Made by a program: the position numbers and the translations under genes. Below are positions 1-13,700 of a stretch of DNA of 64,000 nt, one piece after another. Source of the stretch: the human T2T-CHM13v2.0 reference genome, Homo sapiens. Below the pieces are notes generated by a model. It was not told the origin of the DNA. It saw only the letters and a list, made by a program, of their open reading frames with translations, and made no database searches. The stretch's first letter is position 1; each line of letters opens with the position of its first letter. The DNA lies in the NCBI RefSeq assembly GCF_009914755.1, contig NC_060946.1, one strand, 5' to 3'.

Positions 1-223
1 GCCAGGACTGGAGAATGGGTAGAGGTGAACCCAGAAAAGAAACATGGGCACAACATGTGTTAAGGTGCAAGGCAAGTGTGTGCATCCAGGGAGCTGGAAA
101 AGGTTGGCCTGACGTGTTGAGAAAAGGCCAGAAAGGTGGGAGACGGGGCTGAAGAAGACACCTGGCTGGGACAGGCCACCAAGGCCTCCAAGCTCTGTTT
201 TAGGCCCTGCCTTGTGCGAATAA

Positions 224-874
<651 letters not shown>

Positions 875-1496
875 TTGGCTAAGGGGTTTTCTCAGCTGTT
901 TCCTTCATCTCCCAAGAGTCTGAGCCCCCTTCCCCTCCATCTTTAGAAATAAGTGGGAAAGAGAGGAAGAGAGGGTCCACCCAGGTGCAAGTCAGCATGG
1001 AGAGAAGCGGCACACCCCACCCCCCTATCCTGTTGGTGGGTGGGGACCAGCCTGCCCACTTTCCAGGAGGATCTCTGGGTACTGCTGGGGATGTAGGCAG
1101 GAGGGTGGGTCCTCTCCGTGGGGCAGGGCACTCCCGTGGCCACGCATTCCCCCAGCAGCTCTGGCCGGGATATACAGCATTCTCCTACAGACTGGGGGAG
1201 CCTGCGGGACCCAGATGTCCACACACCCCTGATGCGATCACTCTCAGGGCCAACGTTTCTGACATATGCCCACATCAGCCGGCGCACCTAGGACTCCTGC
1301 CTTCCTACCTTGCCTCGCCCTCAGCAGCTGCCACACCTCTTACCTTCCCTCTGGTCGCACCTCCTCGCGCCCACGCACATCAACACTCAAGGTCCCCCAT
1401 TTCCTCACTGAGATCTGGACCCCCTCACACCCATTTCCCAGCAGCTTCCTGCGTCGAGAGGTGTTTCTCCCAGATACCCCGCGCTGTCATCCTTAC

Positions 1497-1612
1497 CTAC
1501 GACTTTGGGTAGTTTCTGCCTCCGGAGCGGGATCCGGGGCAGCTTCATGCTGATGCGACTGAAGCGCCCGCATAGTCGGTGCGGCGCCTTCTTCCTCCCA
1601 AGCGAAAGCTCC
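1497..1612 (-). CDS. SCARF2: SCARF2 exon 9 (cytoplasmic, ELSLGRKKAPHRLCGRFSRISMKLPRIPLRRQKLPKVV), 116 nt; alternative in-frame acceptor extends to 1627
   Basis: CCGCAG acceptor at 1614-1613, G|GTAAGG donor; second CAG 15 nt upstream. Confidence 0.9.
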
Positions 1613-1807
1613 CTGCGGGGGCGGGGTCTGAGCGGAGGGGCGGGGCCGGGGCGGGGCCCAGGGGCGATTAGATCTCGGCCGGAGCCAAGCACAGAAGGGG
1701 CGGGGCCACGTCCGGGGCAGGGGCGCGGAAGGGTTGGATCTGGGTCCGGTGGCACCCAGAGGGTGCGGCCTGAACCCAGGCGAAAGCGGGGCAGTATCTG
1801 GGCTCAC

Positions 1808-1925
1808 CGGCGCGTAGGGTCCTTGCCGCGGCAAGCGCAGCAGCAGCCGAGCAGCGAGAGCAGCAGGCAGACGAGCAGGACGAGCAGCGCGCCCGCGCCC
1901 ATCACGCCCTTGCGCTGGTTGGTTT
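1808..1925 (-). CDS. SCARF2: SCARF2 exon 8 (transmembrane helix plus Cys cluster), 118 nt
   Basis: Manual translation ETNQRKGVMGAGALLVLLVCLLLSLLGCCCACRGKDPTR; TACAG acceptor, GTGAGC donor. Confidence 0.93.
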
Positions 1926-2001
1926 CTGTAGGGGGTTATGGGGTCAGCGCGGTTTCTGGCACCCCCTGCATTCCTTAACGGGACGCCCCTCATCCACTTA
2001 C

Positions 2002-2105
2002 CTAGGTGGCAGGCACCAGTGACCGGGTCGCACGAGTCCTCGTGGCAGCTGCAGGCCTGAGCACAGTCCGCGCCGTGGAGTCCGGGCGGGCACGTCACGT
2101 TACAG
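2002..2105 (-). CDS. SCARF2: SCARF2 exon 7, 104 nt
   Basis: CNVTCPPGLHGADC...GACHL; GGCAG acceptor, G|GTAAGT donor. Confidence 0.93.
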
Positions 2106-2700
2106 CTGCCGGGACATAGGGTCAAGGCATGCCACAGCCGCCCCCCTAGGATGCCCCCTACCCTCACCCCTCACCCGCGGCCAGGGCCCAGGGTCCAGGG
2201 TCCCAGAACCGGGCTCTCTCTCGCTGCATTCGTCGTCTAGGGATTGAAGCCCCGCCCCGCCCGTGGCACATATTGGGTAGTGGATGTTTTGGAAACGAAT
2301 GTTGCACAACACTAGTGGGGGGGCCTGGGGGATAGGACCCGTGGTGGCCGCGCCGCAGCGCCCACTGCTGGGGCTGACTCGGCTAGGTGGGAAGAGGGGC
2401 TGCTGAACCAGACCCTTGGCTGTAAGTGGAGGTCCCTGGTCCTTCTGTACCAACTCGGGGTCACCTTAAGAGCCCACTGACACAGGCTGGACTGGTCACC
2501 AGATCCTGCGCTGAACGTGAGCTCCCCGACATCCGGGCAGGAAACTGCCCCCAAAGAGCCTACTGTCACTCCCTAGCTGGGGTAAGGGACCAAGGCTGAG
2601 GTGATAACCCAGCTCAGGGTGGAGAGGCCACCTCGTCGGCTGGACCCCCCTCTGTGGCAGGTACAAGCCCCCAACCCCCTCCCGGTCCCGGGGCACTCAC

Positions 2701-2829
2701 TGGGGCCCGTGGACGCCAGGGCTGCACAGGCAGCGCCCCGACTGGAAGTCGCAGTGTCCGCTGCCGCAGTCGGCGCACACGAAGGCGCAGTCCTCGCCGT
2801 AAGTGCCATTGCTACACTTGGTCTCGCAC
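2701..2829 (-). CDS. SCARF2: SCARF2 exon 6 (EGF-like), 129 nt
   Basis: CETKCSNGTYGEDC...GVHGP; AAG acceptor, GTGAGT donor. Confidence 0.94.
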
Positions 2830-2961
2830 CTTGGAAAGAGGGGAGGAGGCGTCAGCAGAAATGGAGGCAAACGGACCACAGCGCCCTCGACAGAGGGGCC
2901 TTTGTTAGGGAGGCAGGGCGGGGGACTGCGTGTCTGGGCCGACGCAGGCAGGGCTGCTCAC

Positions 2962-3180
2962 CGGTCGCCGATCCAGCCCGCGTTGCAGCGCGTACACTTG
3001 CCGGTGACATGGTTACAGGCATGCCCGTCGCGGCATGGCGGACAGCGGTGGCTGCAGCCCTCGCCATAGAAACCGGTGGCGCAAGGCTGGTCGCACTTGG
3101 TTCCGTTCCAGCCGGGCTCGCACGTCAAGCAGCGGCCCTCGGCCACCGTGCACGGCTGCTGGCCCTTGCACTGGCCACAC
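2962..3180 (-). CDS. SCARF2: SCARF2 exon 5 (EGF-like), 219 nt
   Basis: CGQCKGQQPC...WIGDR; CAG acceptor, GTGAGC donor; phase 2-2. Confidence 0.95.
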
Positions 3181-3289
3181 CTGGGGGAGGGGTCGGAGGC
3201 TAGGGAAGGCTGGGACCCGCCTCACCCCTGTCCCCATCGGCGGCCCGCCCTTCCACCTCCTCCCTCCCTGGCCGAGAGACCGCGCTTAC

Positions 3290-3809
3290 CGGCGGCGACA
3301 GCCCAAGCCGTAGAAGCCGGCGGGGCACGGCTCGCGACAGTACTTGCCGCGGTAGCCCGGCTCGCAGGCACACGTGCCGTCCACAGGGTGGCAGCGGCCG
3401 CGGAAGCACTGGCAGTAGCGATCGCAGCGCGCGCCGAACGTACGCTCGCGGCACTGACAGCGGCCGCTCTGCTGCTCGCAGGGAGACGAGTTGCAGGCGC
3501 ACTGGTTGTTGCAGCTGCGGCCCCACCAGCCTGCGTGGCACAGGCAGGCGCCGGTCTGTGGGTCGCAGCGCGACGTGGCGCTGCAGTAGCACGCGCTGGC
3601 GCACTGCGCGCCCCACCAGCCGGGCTCACAGCGGCACGCGCCGCTCCGCGGGTGGCACGTGCCGTGCTGGCACTGGCACGCATGCTCGCAGCGCGCGCCC
3701 CAGCGCCGCGCGTGACAAGTACACTGGCCTGTCACGTCCTCGCACTGCCCGTGTGGGTGGCAGCTACACAGCTCCTTGCAGTCGGGGCCCCAGAACTGGC
3801 GCGGGCACT
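3290..3809 (-). CDS. SCARF2: SCARF2 exon 4 (tandem EGF/laminin-EGF-like repeats), 520 nt
   Basis: C-terminal part of ORF 3286..4116 (CPRQFWGPDC...GLGCRR); CTGCAG acceptor, GTAAGC donor. Confidence 0.96.
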
Positions 3810-4016
3810 CTGCAGGGGAGGAGCGGAGGGGGTGGAAGGCCCCGGTGCTTGAGTAGGTGCCCCCAGCCAGCCGGAACCTGCCCGCGTCCCGCACTCCAGC
3901 CGCCACCTCTGGGGACCCGCCCCGAAGGCGGATCCGACCCCGCCCCACCTTGGACCCCGCCCCATCTCTCCAGGATTCCGCCCCACCGACCAATACCGGC
4001 CCGACCCCACGCTCAC

Positions 4017-4118
4017 TGGTGTCGCAGTTGGCACCGAAGTAGCCGTGGCGGCAGCGGCACTCGCCAGGCCTCACGCACACCTCGTTCTCTGAGCACGTGG
4101 AGTTGCCTTCGCACACCG
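4017..4118 (-). CDS. SCARF2: SCARF2 exon 3 (EGF-like, VCEGNSTCSENEVCVRPGECRCRHGYFGANCDT), 102 nt
   Basis: CCACAG acceptor, GTGAGC donor, EGF cysteine pattern. Confidence 0.95.
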
Positions 4119-4201
4119 CTGTGGACGAGACAGGCCAGAGCTGCTGCGCGTCCTAGCCCCGCCCCCTCCCCCGCCCCAGGTCCCCGGGATGACCCACTCA
4201 C

Positions 4202-4260
4202 CAATCCCACACTCGTCCCCTTGCTGCCTCCAGCCAGCGCAGCACGTGGGCACCTGGGAG
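4202..4260 (-). CDS. SCARF2: SCARF2 exon 2 (SQVPTCCAGWRQQGDECGI), 59 nt
   Basis: AG acceptor 4262-4261, donor G|GTGAGT; phase 2 to 1 consistent. Confidence 0.93.
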
Positions 4261-4994
4261 CTGCGAGCAGAGGGAGGACATCTAAGCCCGATGCCCCTCC
4301 CCCAGCCCCCATCTGCTCCGGGCTCCTCCGCAGCCTCCGCACAGCCTCCCTGCCTCTGCAGTTGCGCTCCTGTCCTAGGGGGGTGGTTAATGAGGTCCTG
4401 CCAGGCAGTCGTCTGGCGGTGGAGGATTGCCACAAACAGACCTCACCGCCAAGAACTTTCCAGCCCAGAACCCCCCACCCCATCTCACCTAACTCCTTTG
4501 TGTCCTCCTCCCACAGCCATTAGGCCTGAGAAAAGTGGCCTTGGAGTCCCAGGAAGGACAGCAGTGAGGCAGCAGCCAGGGAGAGGACCATGGGCCTCAG
4601 GACCTGCCCAAATGTGAGGGTCTAGGGCATCCCTCCAAGTGGAGGGCCCAGCCTAATGGGTGTCATGGATCCAGATGTCATGTGATGTGACATGATGAGG
4701 ACGGCACTAGGACTAGCTGGGCCACAGGGACACACCTAGATGCCCAGTTGGGGTTGAGCTCCAGTGGGGAGGGGCAGCCTCTGGACAGGGGGACAGGGGG
4801 TGGCATGTAGACACAGTGAGGTGACCACTTGGCAGAGGGGCTTCTGGAGGGAGGTGGGGTGAGGCCCACCCAGCCACTAGGGAAGGAGCAGGCACATGGG
4901 GAGTCCTCCACGTGCAGGAGGAAAGTCAAACTGTGGCAAAAGGGCTCAGGGACCAGGGTGGAGGAAGGAGCTATTAGAGCATCTGTTTATGCCT

Positions 4995-5288
<294 letters not shown>

Positions 5289-6417
5289 TGTTTATGCTGA
5301 TTGTCTTCCACTTGTTCCATTTGATTTGGCTTTACAGAGTACACAATGCTACCGCAGCACTTCAGGAGAGCACAACCTCTAAAACCCTGGGTGGATGGGG
5401 TGTGTGAGCACAAAGGTTTGGAGGCCCTGCCTGAGTGAAGCCATGATGGCTAGAGAGGGTTCGTAGGGGATGAGCTGGGGTTAGCCCACATTCAGGGGCA
5501 GAGGAGGCTGAGAAGGAAGAGCCACCAAGGCTGCGGGATCCTAGGTTCCCAGCCGACCCAGAACTTCGCCTCGATCCTAAAGGCATGTAACAGCCATTCG
5601 CACTTTAGAGAAAAGGAGCACGCTTCTTCACAAGCAGGCTTGGATTCAGTATCTGAATCTAGAACCGGAAGGTGGTGGGGGGCGGAGTTTGGGAGGAAGC
5701 CTGAAGACCCTAGCGGGATGGGATAGACTGGCCCTACACCATGCATTTCAGGATAGTACATGCCTGGCATGCTCCTGCCCAGGCTTCCGAGGATGCCCCA
5801 GCCATTCCCCAGCTAGACAGAATACCACCCCTTGCACAGAGCACCTAGGCCTCGAGGCCCCTCCTCCTGAACAAGGCTTGGTTCTCCTTCAGGCCAAAGA
5901 TGGGACCTGGCGAACAGGACCATAAAATCTCAAACTTTGGGGAATTGGTCCAGTGTATTTTCCACAATAAAACTGGAAACCAGAGACAGGAATACAAAGG
6001 CCTGGCTTTTCCTGGCCCCTGCCCCCACTGTCTCCACCCACCCAGCCCTGACCCAGGGGGCACCAAGGTGCCCATCTGCAGGGAGACCCAGGTCTGCTGG
6101 CCATCACCCACCCACTTGTGTCTGCTTCTGAACCATGTTCACTGGATGGAGAGCCTCTGCAGGTGTCCCTCCTGTGGGGAGCTTTGCCAGGTGGCCTGCT
6201 GGAATTGCCCCGGAAGCACTAACCCCCTTCTGCCCTGGACATAAGGCTCTGTGGCTAGGACCCTCGTTTTAGGGCCACACTCAGCTGGGTTTGATGTCTG
6301 GGTTTGCCACTTGCTGTGTGACCTCAGGCATGCAGCTTAAGCTCTTTGAGCTTCAGGCTCCTTAGCTATATAGTAGGGCTCTACTGTAGAAAGATTAAGA
6401 GAGCCAAGATGTTTTTT

Positions 6418-6628
6418 TGCCGGGCGTGCTGGCATGTACCTATAATCCCAGCTACTCAGGAAGCTGAGGCAAGAGGATTGCTTGAGCCCAAGGAGTTTGA
6501 GGCTGCAGTGAGCTGTGATGGCACCACTGCTCTCCAGCCTGGGCAACAGAGTGAAACCCTGTCTCAAAAAGAGAAATAGAGATAGGAGAGAGAGAGAGAC
6601 AGAGAAAGACGACAGAGAGAAAGAGAGC
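6418..6628 (+). mobile_element. Alu monomer (FRAM-like) with (GA)n tail, next to a MIR-like fragment
   Basis: Single right-arm-type monomer followed by a GA-rich tract. Confidence 0.75.
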
Positions 6629-8549
6629 GCGCGCCAAGACCTATGAAGTGGTTTGGCACATACTAAGCACAAAGGATCCTGAGCACAGGCTGCAGTGCCT
6701 CTGAGTGCACTCGGTCATCTCTGGTTTAGCGGGCACCCAGGCCTAACCCCAGCAGAGCTAATGCCCACCAGCAGGACAGAGTCCATTTGGGTTCACTGAG
6801 AACAAGATGCTTTCCTTCTTGGAAGGGCTGGCAGAAAAGGCCGGGTGGTGGTGGCAAGCCCACTCTCTGAAGATCTTACAAAGACGGGTGGGGAAAGATG
6901 GCCTGCTGCAGGGCTGCTCCCACGCTTGCCCTGTAAGTCGGCAAGACCCTCAGGAGCCAGGCCATAGGCTGGGCCCAGGCCCCTCAGCAAGCAAGACATG
7001 CCGTAGGCTTCTCCCTCGTAGAGCATTAGTTCTGTGATTCAAACCCACTGTGAGTTCTCACATCTTCAAGTTGGCTCATGGGGTCCATACCTGTCCATGT
7101 TCTCCCCCAAATCCAGGCAGAAAAGCTTCTCTGCCTGCCACACCCTTCAGACCCCACACCAGCCCGACCCTCCTCCTGCCCCGCCTGGACACCTCTCCTC
7201 TGGTTTCTGTCCCCATCCTCAGATCTCTCTTGTGTCCACACTAGCTCCCTCGGGAAGCTCACTGAACACTGACAACACGTTGGACCCTCCAGCAGGGCTC
7301 TCCCCATCAATGCTAGACTTGCAAATCCAACTGCCCAATAGATGATGTCACCAGAAGGAGACCTCATGGGCCTCATGCCCAACCAGCCCAAACCTGAACT
7401 CTTGACCTCCTTGCACCCTGAGTCTTCCCTGCCTCAGATAACCCTGCCTGTCCTTTCAGGCTGGGAAGCTGAGACCTGGAGAAGCATCTCTGACTCTTCT
7501 TTCTTGTCTACACCAGATCCATTGAGAAAAAAGACGCTGAGCTCTAGCTTCTAAACGACATCTAAAATGGGATCACTTCCTCCTTCCCTATCCCAGCCTT
7601 GTGAGAGCCACCCTCCATCTCCCTGGCTTTTTGTAACTGGCCCCAGCTTCCACCCCCTGCCCCCCAGGGTGCGAAGTGTTTGCCACCTGGCAGCCAATCC
7701 TGGTCAGATCCCACCCTTTCTCTGTACAAAGCCCCCAGGGGGTCCCATGGCCCTCAGAAGAAAAGCCCAAGTCTTCTGAGCAGTGGCAGCCCACGGTGGC
7801 CTGCCCACCCTCACTCTCTGGCAGCTCCTCCGCCAGCCCCTCCTGGACTCTGCCCAGCCTCCTGGATCCTTCCTGTACTTCCACAGGCCCTCTGCCTTGG
7901 GAACCTTGCCCCAGACACCCACAGGGCCTCCGTGCTCTTCTGCAGGCCTGTGCTCACTCACCACCTTCTCAGCCGTTCTCCTCAGAACACCCTAAAGGAA
8001 ACAGCACTCCCCAACCCAACACCTCCCAGCTCTTGCTAGATGTCTAGACACACTTGCTTTTCTGGACTGTGTCTCCTCTGCCACAGGGTCAGGGTCTCCA
8101 CTGCAGCTTCCCTACACCAATACAGGCCTGGCACAGTGTAGGTGCATAGGATTTTACTGGCTTTGCACTCTCCTCTCCCCATCCTCCTGCCTCCCAGGAA
8201 AGGGAAGGGCTGATGGAAGCCTTGCAAGATGTGGGAGGACAACAAAGACATGACCCAGACCCCAGGTGGGCAGTGCCCAGAGTGGCTGTCCTTCCCATCG
8301 ACCCTTGCCACTCATGACCACAGCGATCTCCACTTAGCCCCATGAGGGGGTTGTGATCACTATCCCATTTTACAGAGGTGGAGACAGGCCCAGAGAGGTC
8401 AAATGACTTGCCCAGGTCCACACAGCTGGGTAGGGTGGCACCAGGATGGGAACCCAAACCCAGGCTCGGTTCCTGGAGCAGGCGCCTCCTGGGAGGTCTG
8501 CAGACCAGGGGAGCGGGAGCAAAGGGCTCTCAGGCTCCGGACAGCTAGA

Positions 8550-10700
8550 GCCTGGCACCGGACCCCCATTCCTGGTCCCGGGCCTGTCTGGGAAAGAGGG
8601 CTGGAGTGAGTAGACAGAGACCACGGCGATCGCGCCCTCCCCCTCTCCAGGCACCGCCCCGCCCGCCGCCGCCGCTGCATTCCTGGGGCCGGGGAGGCCC
8701 GGGAGTCGGCGGCGGCGGCATCGATGCGAAGCAGATGGCGGGCCAGGCCGGCCCCCGCCCCGGAGGCGGGGCTCGCAGCGGGGAGGGGTCTGCGCGCCTC
8801 CGGACCAGAGTTCGGAAACCCCGCGCTGCCCCCTCGCAGCCCCTTGTCTCTGGCGCCGAGCCCCTGGACTCGGCTTGCCCCGGGTCCGTGGCTCAGGCGC
8901 CCCGACGCGACCCAGCTCGGAGCCCGGCGGCCGCCTCTGCGGCTGCCAGCCCGTGCGGCGTCTCCAATCCGCGCCAAGGCGCCCCCACACGCCCGCTCCT
9001 CACCCCTGCGTGGAGATGCCCTTGACCTTGTGGCCTTTGGCCAGCCCACCGGCTCCCCCGACCCCAGCTCCTAACTCCTGGCGTCCGGGGCTCACCTCTC
9101 TGCCCTCCGTGCAAACTCCCGGACTCGCCCCCCCACCGGCCGGGCCTGTCGCCTGCCTGTCCCACACTGGCTTCCCCAGCCGGCGCCCCACATTTGCGCG
9201 GCCCCTTCTTGCACCCAGAATCCCCACCTGGTTGTCGCCAGGGTTCCCACATCCTCCGGTCCCCTGTGCCTGTCATAGTCCTTCCGCCTCCCGCTTCTGG
9301 TCCACTTCGAGCGCCGGCTCCTCGACGCTCGCCTGGGTCACCACCCTCCCACCCGCGCCCGCTCTAAGACGCGAATCTGTCTTTCCAAGTCTGGCTTGCT
9401 CCAGGACCTCCCCGGCTAGCACCGCTCCTCCTCCCCTGACCTTCCTCCTCACTCCCACTCCCGGCTCCAGTCGGACTAGTGCGGGGCTTTAGCACATGCA
9501 GTTCCTTTGGCTTGAATGCCCTTCCCCAGCTTTTCCCCGTGGACTTCACAACTCGGTCAAGGGTCCCTTTTTCCAGGTCTTTCCTGATATCCCGGACAAC
9601 GCGTGTCATCCCCTGGGTGCCCACGGCACTCCATCCTCCCCTCAGGTGACTTCTCGTCCAGGGTTCCCTGGGATGCACTGTCGTGGCCCATGGCCGAGGC
9701 TGGGCCTGGAACGGAGCCGCGCTGGCTAGGGAGCCGAAGGGGCCCACACTTGGCGTAGGAAGGTTCCGGTAGCCCCCTCCCAATGCCCGGCGCCGCCACA
9801 CCACTGCCCAGAGCGTCCCTCTCGCCCCCTCCCCCAGCCAGGCCGGCTCCTACCCGGGAGCACGGCACACGTTGCGGCCGCGAGGGTTCAGTTCCTGAGG
9901 CGCCACGGTGTCCGGCAGCATCCAGAGCAGCAGCAGCAGCAGCAGCGACGGCAGCAGCGGTGACGGCGGCCCCCCGGCTCCCCGGCGCCGCGCCGGCCCG
10001 GCCCCCCGGGGCCCTGCGCCCTCCATGAGGCGCGGGGCAGGCGCGGGGCGGGCACGGGCGCGGGTGCGGCCGCAGCGAGAGCGGCCGGAAGCGGAGTGCG
10101 AGGCCGGGCGGGGGGCGGCAGGAGGGGCGCCGAGCCGGGCAGGAAATTCCACATCGGCTCCCTGATCCCGGGCCAGCCGCGGCCGGCCAGGCGGCAGCGC
10201 CCGCCCCGCGCTCCAGACCCCACCCTCCGGCCTAGCCACCGCCCCTCCGCGCAGCCCCCGCCCCCATTTGGCCGCTCGCAAACTTGGGGGCGAACTTGGA
10301 GGAGGCCCGCCGAGCGCTGGTGGAGGGAGGGTCCGCCCGAGGAATCCCCGGTTCCCGCGCCTTTCCCTCCGCTCCCTAGACATCTACCGAAGCAGCCGCC
10401 CCTGCGCGCCCACTGCGTAGGCCAGGCCCGGGACGGGAAGGCGGATCGGGGACACGGACGCGACTCCGCAAGCCCACCCCCGCTCCCAGCGCCTCGGAAC
10501 CGGCCAAGGGAGTGGGGCCCGCAGACAGCCCAGGTCGAGGCCGAAAGCCAACTCCACAGCACCCCACCGCGAAGTCCTTGTAGTGCTGGGGTGTGCGGTC
10601 AGCTCCCCCTGCGCACTCCTGCGCACTCAGAGCTCGCAAGGGGCGGACCGAGCAGGATGCTTGAGGCCTGTGGTAGACTCGGTCCGGACCAGAGGCCTGG
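8550..10700. promoter_or_regulatory. SCARF2: SCARF2 promoter / exon 1 / intron 1 CpG island(s)
   Basis: Very high GC and CpG density, GC boxes, ETS-like CCGGAAG near 10085, NF-kB-like GGAAATTCC near 10142; no TATA seen. Confidence 0.8.
9854..10026 (-). CDS. SCARF2: SCARF2 coding exon 1 (signal peptide MEGAGPRG...LLLLLLLWMLP...NVCRAPG), 173 nt
   Basis: ATG at 10026-10024, poly-Leu signal peptide, GT donor (GG|GTAGGA) at 9853; matches recalled SCARF2 N-terminus. Confidence 0.95.
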
Positions 10701-13700
10701 GGGAAGGGGTCTCCGTAGGGACGGATGGGAGAGATACAGAGGAAGTAGAATGGCCAGGCTGTGGACTGCGGTAGGAAGTAGAGGTAAAGACAGAAGGAGA
10801 CCCCCGGGATGGAAACCCTGCAGTCCTAGTTGAGGAGTGAAGGGGGCTGGGGGAGCCTGGGCGGTGGATTCTGCTGGCTGTCGGATTTCCAGGAGAGGCT
10901 GGGGCTAGAGAGTGGGAACTCCTGCATCAGGTAAGGTGGGTAACAGCACAGAGCAGAAGGAAGGTGTGGGAAGGGAGCAAGACAGAGGGACAGGCCCTAG
11001 GGAGCCAGCGGGGAAGCTGGACTTGGACTGGGAGGCAGCAGGGTGCGGGTCCCCGGGGGGCAACTGGGGCAGACCGACTCTGGAAGTTGGGCAGGGAGCA
11101 CAAATGTCCCGTGTGTAGCCAGGTCCTAGTGAGGATGTTTGTCTTTTGGGGACTTGAGAGCTGGCAGAAGGCCTAAGCAGGGAGCGGGCACCTCCGTTCT
11201 TTGGGGAGCAGGCCACATGCGGCCCACAGGCTCACTGAGGGAGGGCAGGCAGACTCTGTCCAGGTGTGGCCAGATAGCCCCGAAGGGTGGGGCTGGAGGA
11301 GGGGGCTTGGAGGAGGAGCCACTGAAAGGCCCAAGGCCATGGGCATCACCAGGCTGGCACAGGCAGAGAGTGGGATGGGGAGGAGCAGGCCCCTCACTCA
11401 GCCATGCTGGTGCAGGAGGGAGGTGGGGTGGGCTGAAAGAGAAGTGGAACTAGTGTGGACACGAATGCAACTACCTGGGGACAAATAAACAGGCCAACCA
11501 CTTCTGGGCAGCTCAGCCTGGGCACAGCCCTGACCTCAGCAATGCCCTCCCAGTGCTGGGGCCCCTCCCACGGAGGATCCGGATTGCGGCTCCCAATAGA
11601 GGCCAGCAGAGGTCCCAGTGGCTGCAAGGTCTGTCCCAGCCCAGCTCCTGGCTTTAGAGGCACTGACCCCCTGGGCTGGAGGGGACACTCACCTCAGCTG
11701 GATGGAGGTCATGAATAGGCATATCAAATTCCATCACCTTTCTCCTTCCCCCAGACCTGTCCAGGGAGGGCACCACCTGGATGGTGCCCCCCAATCCCCC
11801 AGGACCTCCTAAATGTCTTAGATCTCTGCCCACCCCTGTCTGCCACCCAGAGTAGTCTTTTTAATCTCACATGTGGCTATCCACCACTGCTCTCAGGACG
11901 AGGACCGTCCCCAGTCTCACCTCACGACCCGGTACATACATCCCTTGCAGTAGATGGCAACTTTGGGTGTCATGGGCAGAGCCCTCATTTCTCCCAACCA
12001 CCACTGCACCCCTAGGGGAAGACTGAGAAGTATGGGAGGAATGAAGGATCATCCACATGGCACCAGGATGTAGAAGGAACCCACAGACAATTGACCACCA
12101 CGCGGGCAAACTGCTGGAGCCCGGAGCCCTGGCCTGCTGGTTTTGGCCAGGATGGCTGCCAGAAGGAAGTGGACTTTGAAGGCTGAGGAGGGTTTTGCAT
12201 GAAAGCAGGGACCAAGAGCCTAGCCACACTGGAGAGCACAAGTTGGGCTGCCTCAGCTCCGGGGTATCAGGTGTAACCCTTAGAAACCCAGCTTAGCCCC
12301 AAGGCTGACAGTGGCAGGGCCAGGCTGCGCCCAACTCCAAGGCACTCTCCACCCCTCCCCAGGCTGTGCAGGACCTCAGTGAGCCCTTCCTGCCCCTGCA
12401 GACCAGAGGCCTCCTGCAAACCTGTGGCTGTGGCTGGTGGCTCAGGTGAGATGTTGCCAGCCAGCATGGTGTCAGGATGCACTGGAGAGTGGTGGGGCAT
12501 GTCTGGTGCTCCTCCTTTCCAGAAACCTCTGAGGTCTGCAGGAGCTATTGCCCTGGCCTGCCAGGTGGTAGCAGAGACACAGGAAGTGCTGGGTCTGAGA
12601 CCCACAGAGTGGGGTTCCTACTCTGAACCCATGCTCTTGCGCCTCACCCTCAGGAGAAAGGGAGATGACACTGGAGTGTATAGCCATCCCGCCCCACTAG
12701 GGCTCAACACCGGGTCTGCCACCCCAAGGCAATGTCATGTTTCCTCAGGGGTACTCAGGGCCCAGGACAGTGAGGAAGGTCTTCAGGTTACACACACACC
12801 CACATACCACAGCCCTGGGGGCACAGGCCAACTCTGAGGGCTTTGTCTCTACCCTCAAGAATCCTTGGGGTATCCATTTAGGAGAGCCCAGAGTGACTGA
12901 TAGTCCCCTGTCCCCATCCCCTCTCCTCCCATCAAGGAGCACACACTGCCCCCTTCTCTTCCGGGACAGGATGCCAGCAGGAACACATGGCTGTCCCCAT
13001 GCTCTGCCCAGTCAACTGGGAAAGGATGGGGCCTTGGCAAGTTACAGCCCTGTCTGCGGGATGGCTCTGGGCACAAGGCTCATAGTAGGAGTCTGCAGGT
13101 GCAGACCCTATGAGGGCATCAGGATGGAAGAAAGCTTCGTGTGGTGCAGCCCTGCAGTGAGGCTGGTGTGGGCTCACAGCCCATCCATGCAGGGTGCAGG
13201 CTAAGCCTGGCAGTCTCAAGAGGGCAAGAAAAGCATGGGGACAGGTGAACAGGGGAGGGTCCCAGCTGCTGTGCCAGTGTGGTCCTTGAGACTGGGTGCC
13301 TAAGGGTTACCTGGCAAACCTGTAGCACATGCAGCTCCCCTCCCCAGCACACTCAGCTTCAGGAGGTTGGGAGGAGCCGGGCACAGGCCAGAGGGGCCCC
13401 CCCCGCCGACCCCCTGATGCTGCCCCGCTCCCAGGTGCTGAAGCTCTGGTTCCCTGACCCTCAGGCTGAGAGACTCCTAACGAGCTGGGCTGAAACTCTG
13501 CGTGCTGCCCTGGTTGGGAGACAAGTTCCACACCAGAGAAGACACTCAAGTGGCTGCACAACCACCTGTCACCAGACCAGGGCGAGTTCCAGCTTTCCCA
13601 CTGAGTGCCCTGTTAGCTTGTGGAGTTTACTGTGCTTCCCTCTCAGGCAGGGTCTTCCCAGTGCCACTTGGCTTCTGGCCTGGGCTTCCACAGCCTCTCC

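Larger units (their letters stand above)
1450..4350. promoter_or_regulatory. Intragenic CpG-rich region over SCARF2 exons 2-9
   Basis: Dense CpG in both exons and the short introns. Confidence 0.7.

Noticed and set aside
1400-4620. Many long overlapping ORFs (e.g. 3558..4523 +, 321 aa; 3076..3852 +, 258 aa)
   Set aside because: Shadow frames of GC-rich SCARF2 exons in stop-poor CpG-island DNA; no recognisable domains
9928-9945. (CAG/CTG)6 run as an expansion locus
   Set aside because: Short, ordinary poly-Leu signal-peptide codons
8370-10833. 200+ aa Pro/Arg/Gly-rich ORFs around the SCARF2 promoter
   Set aside because: Expected by-product of very high GC; non-ATG starts, low complexity
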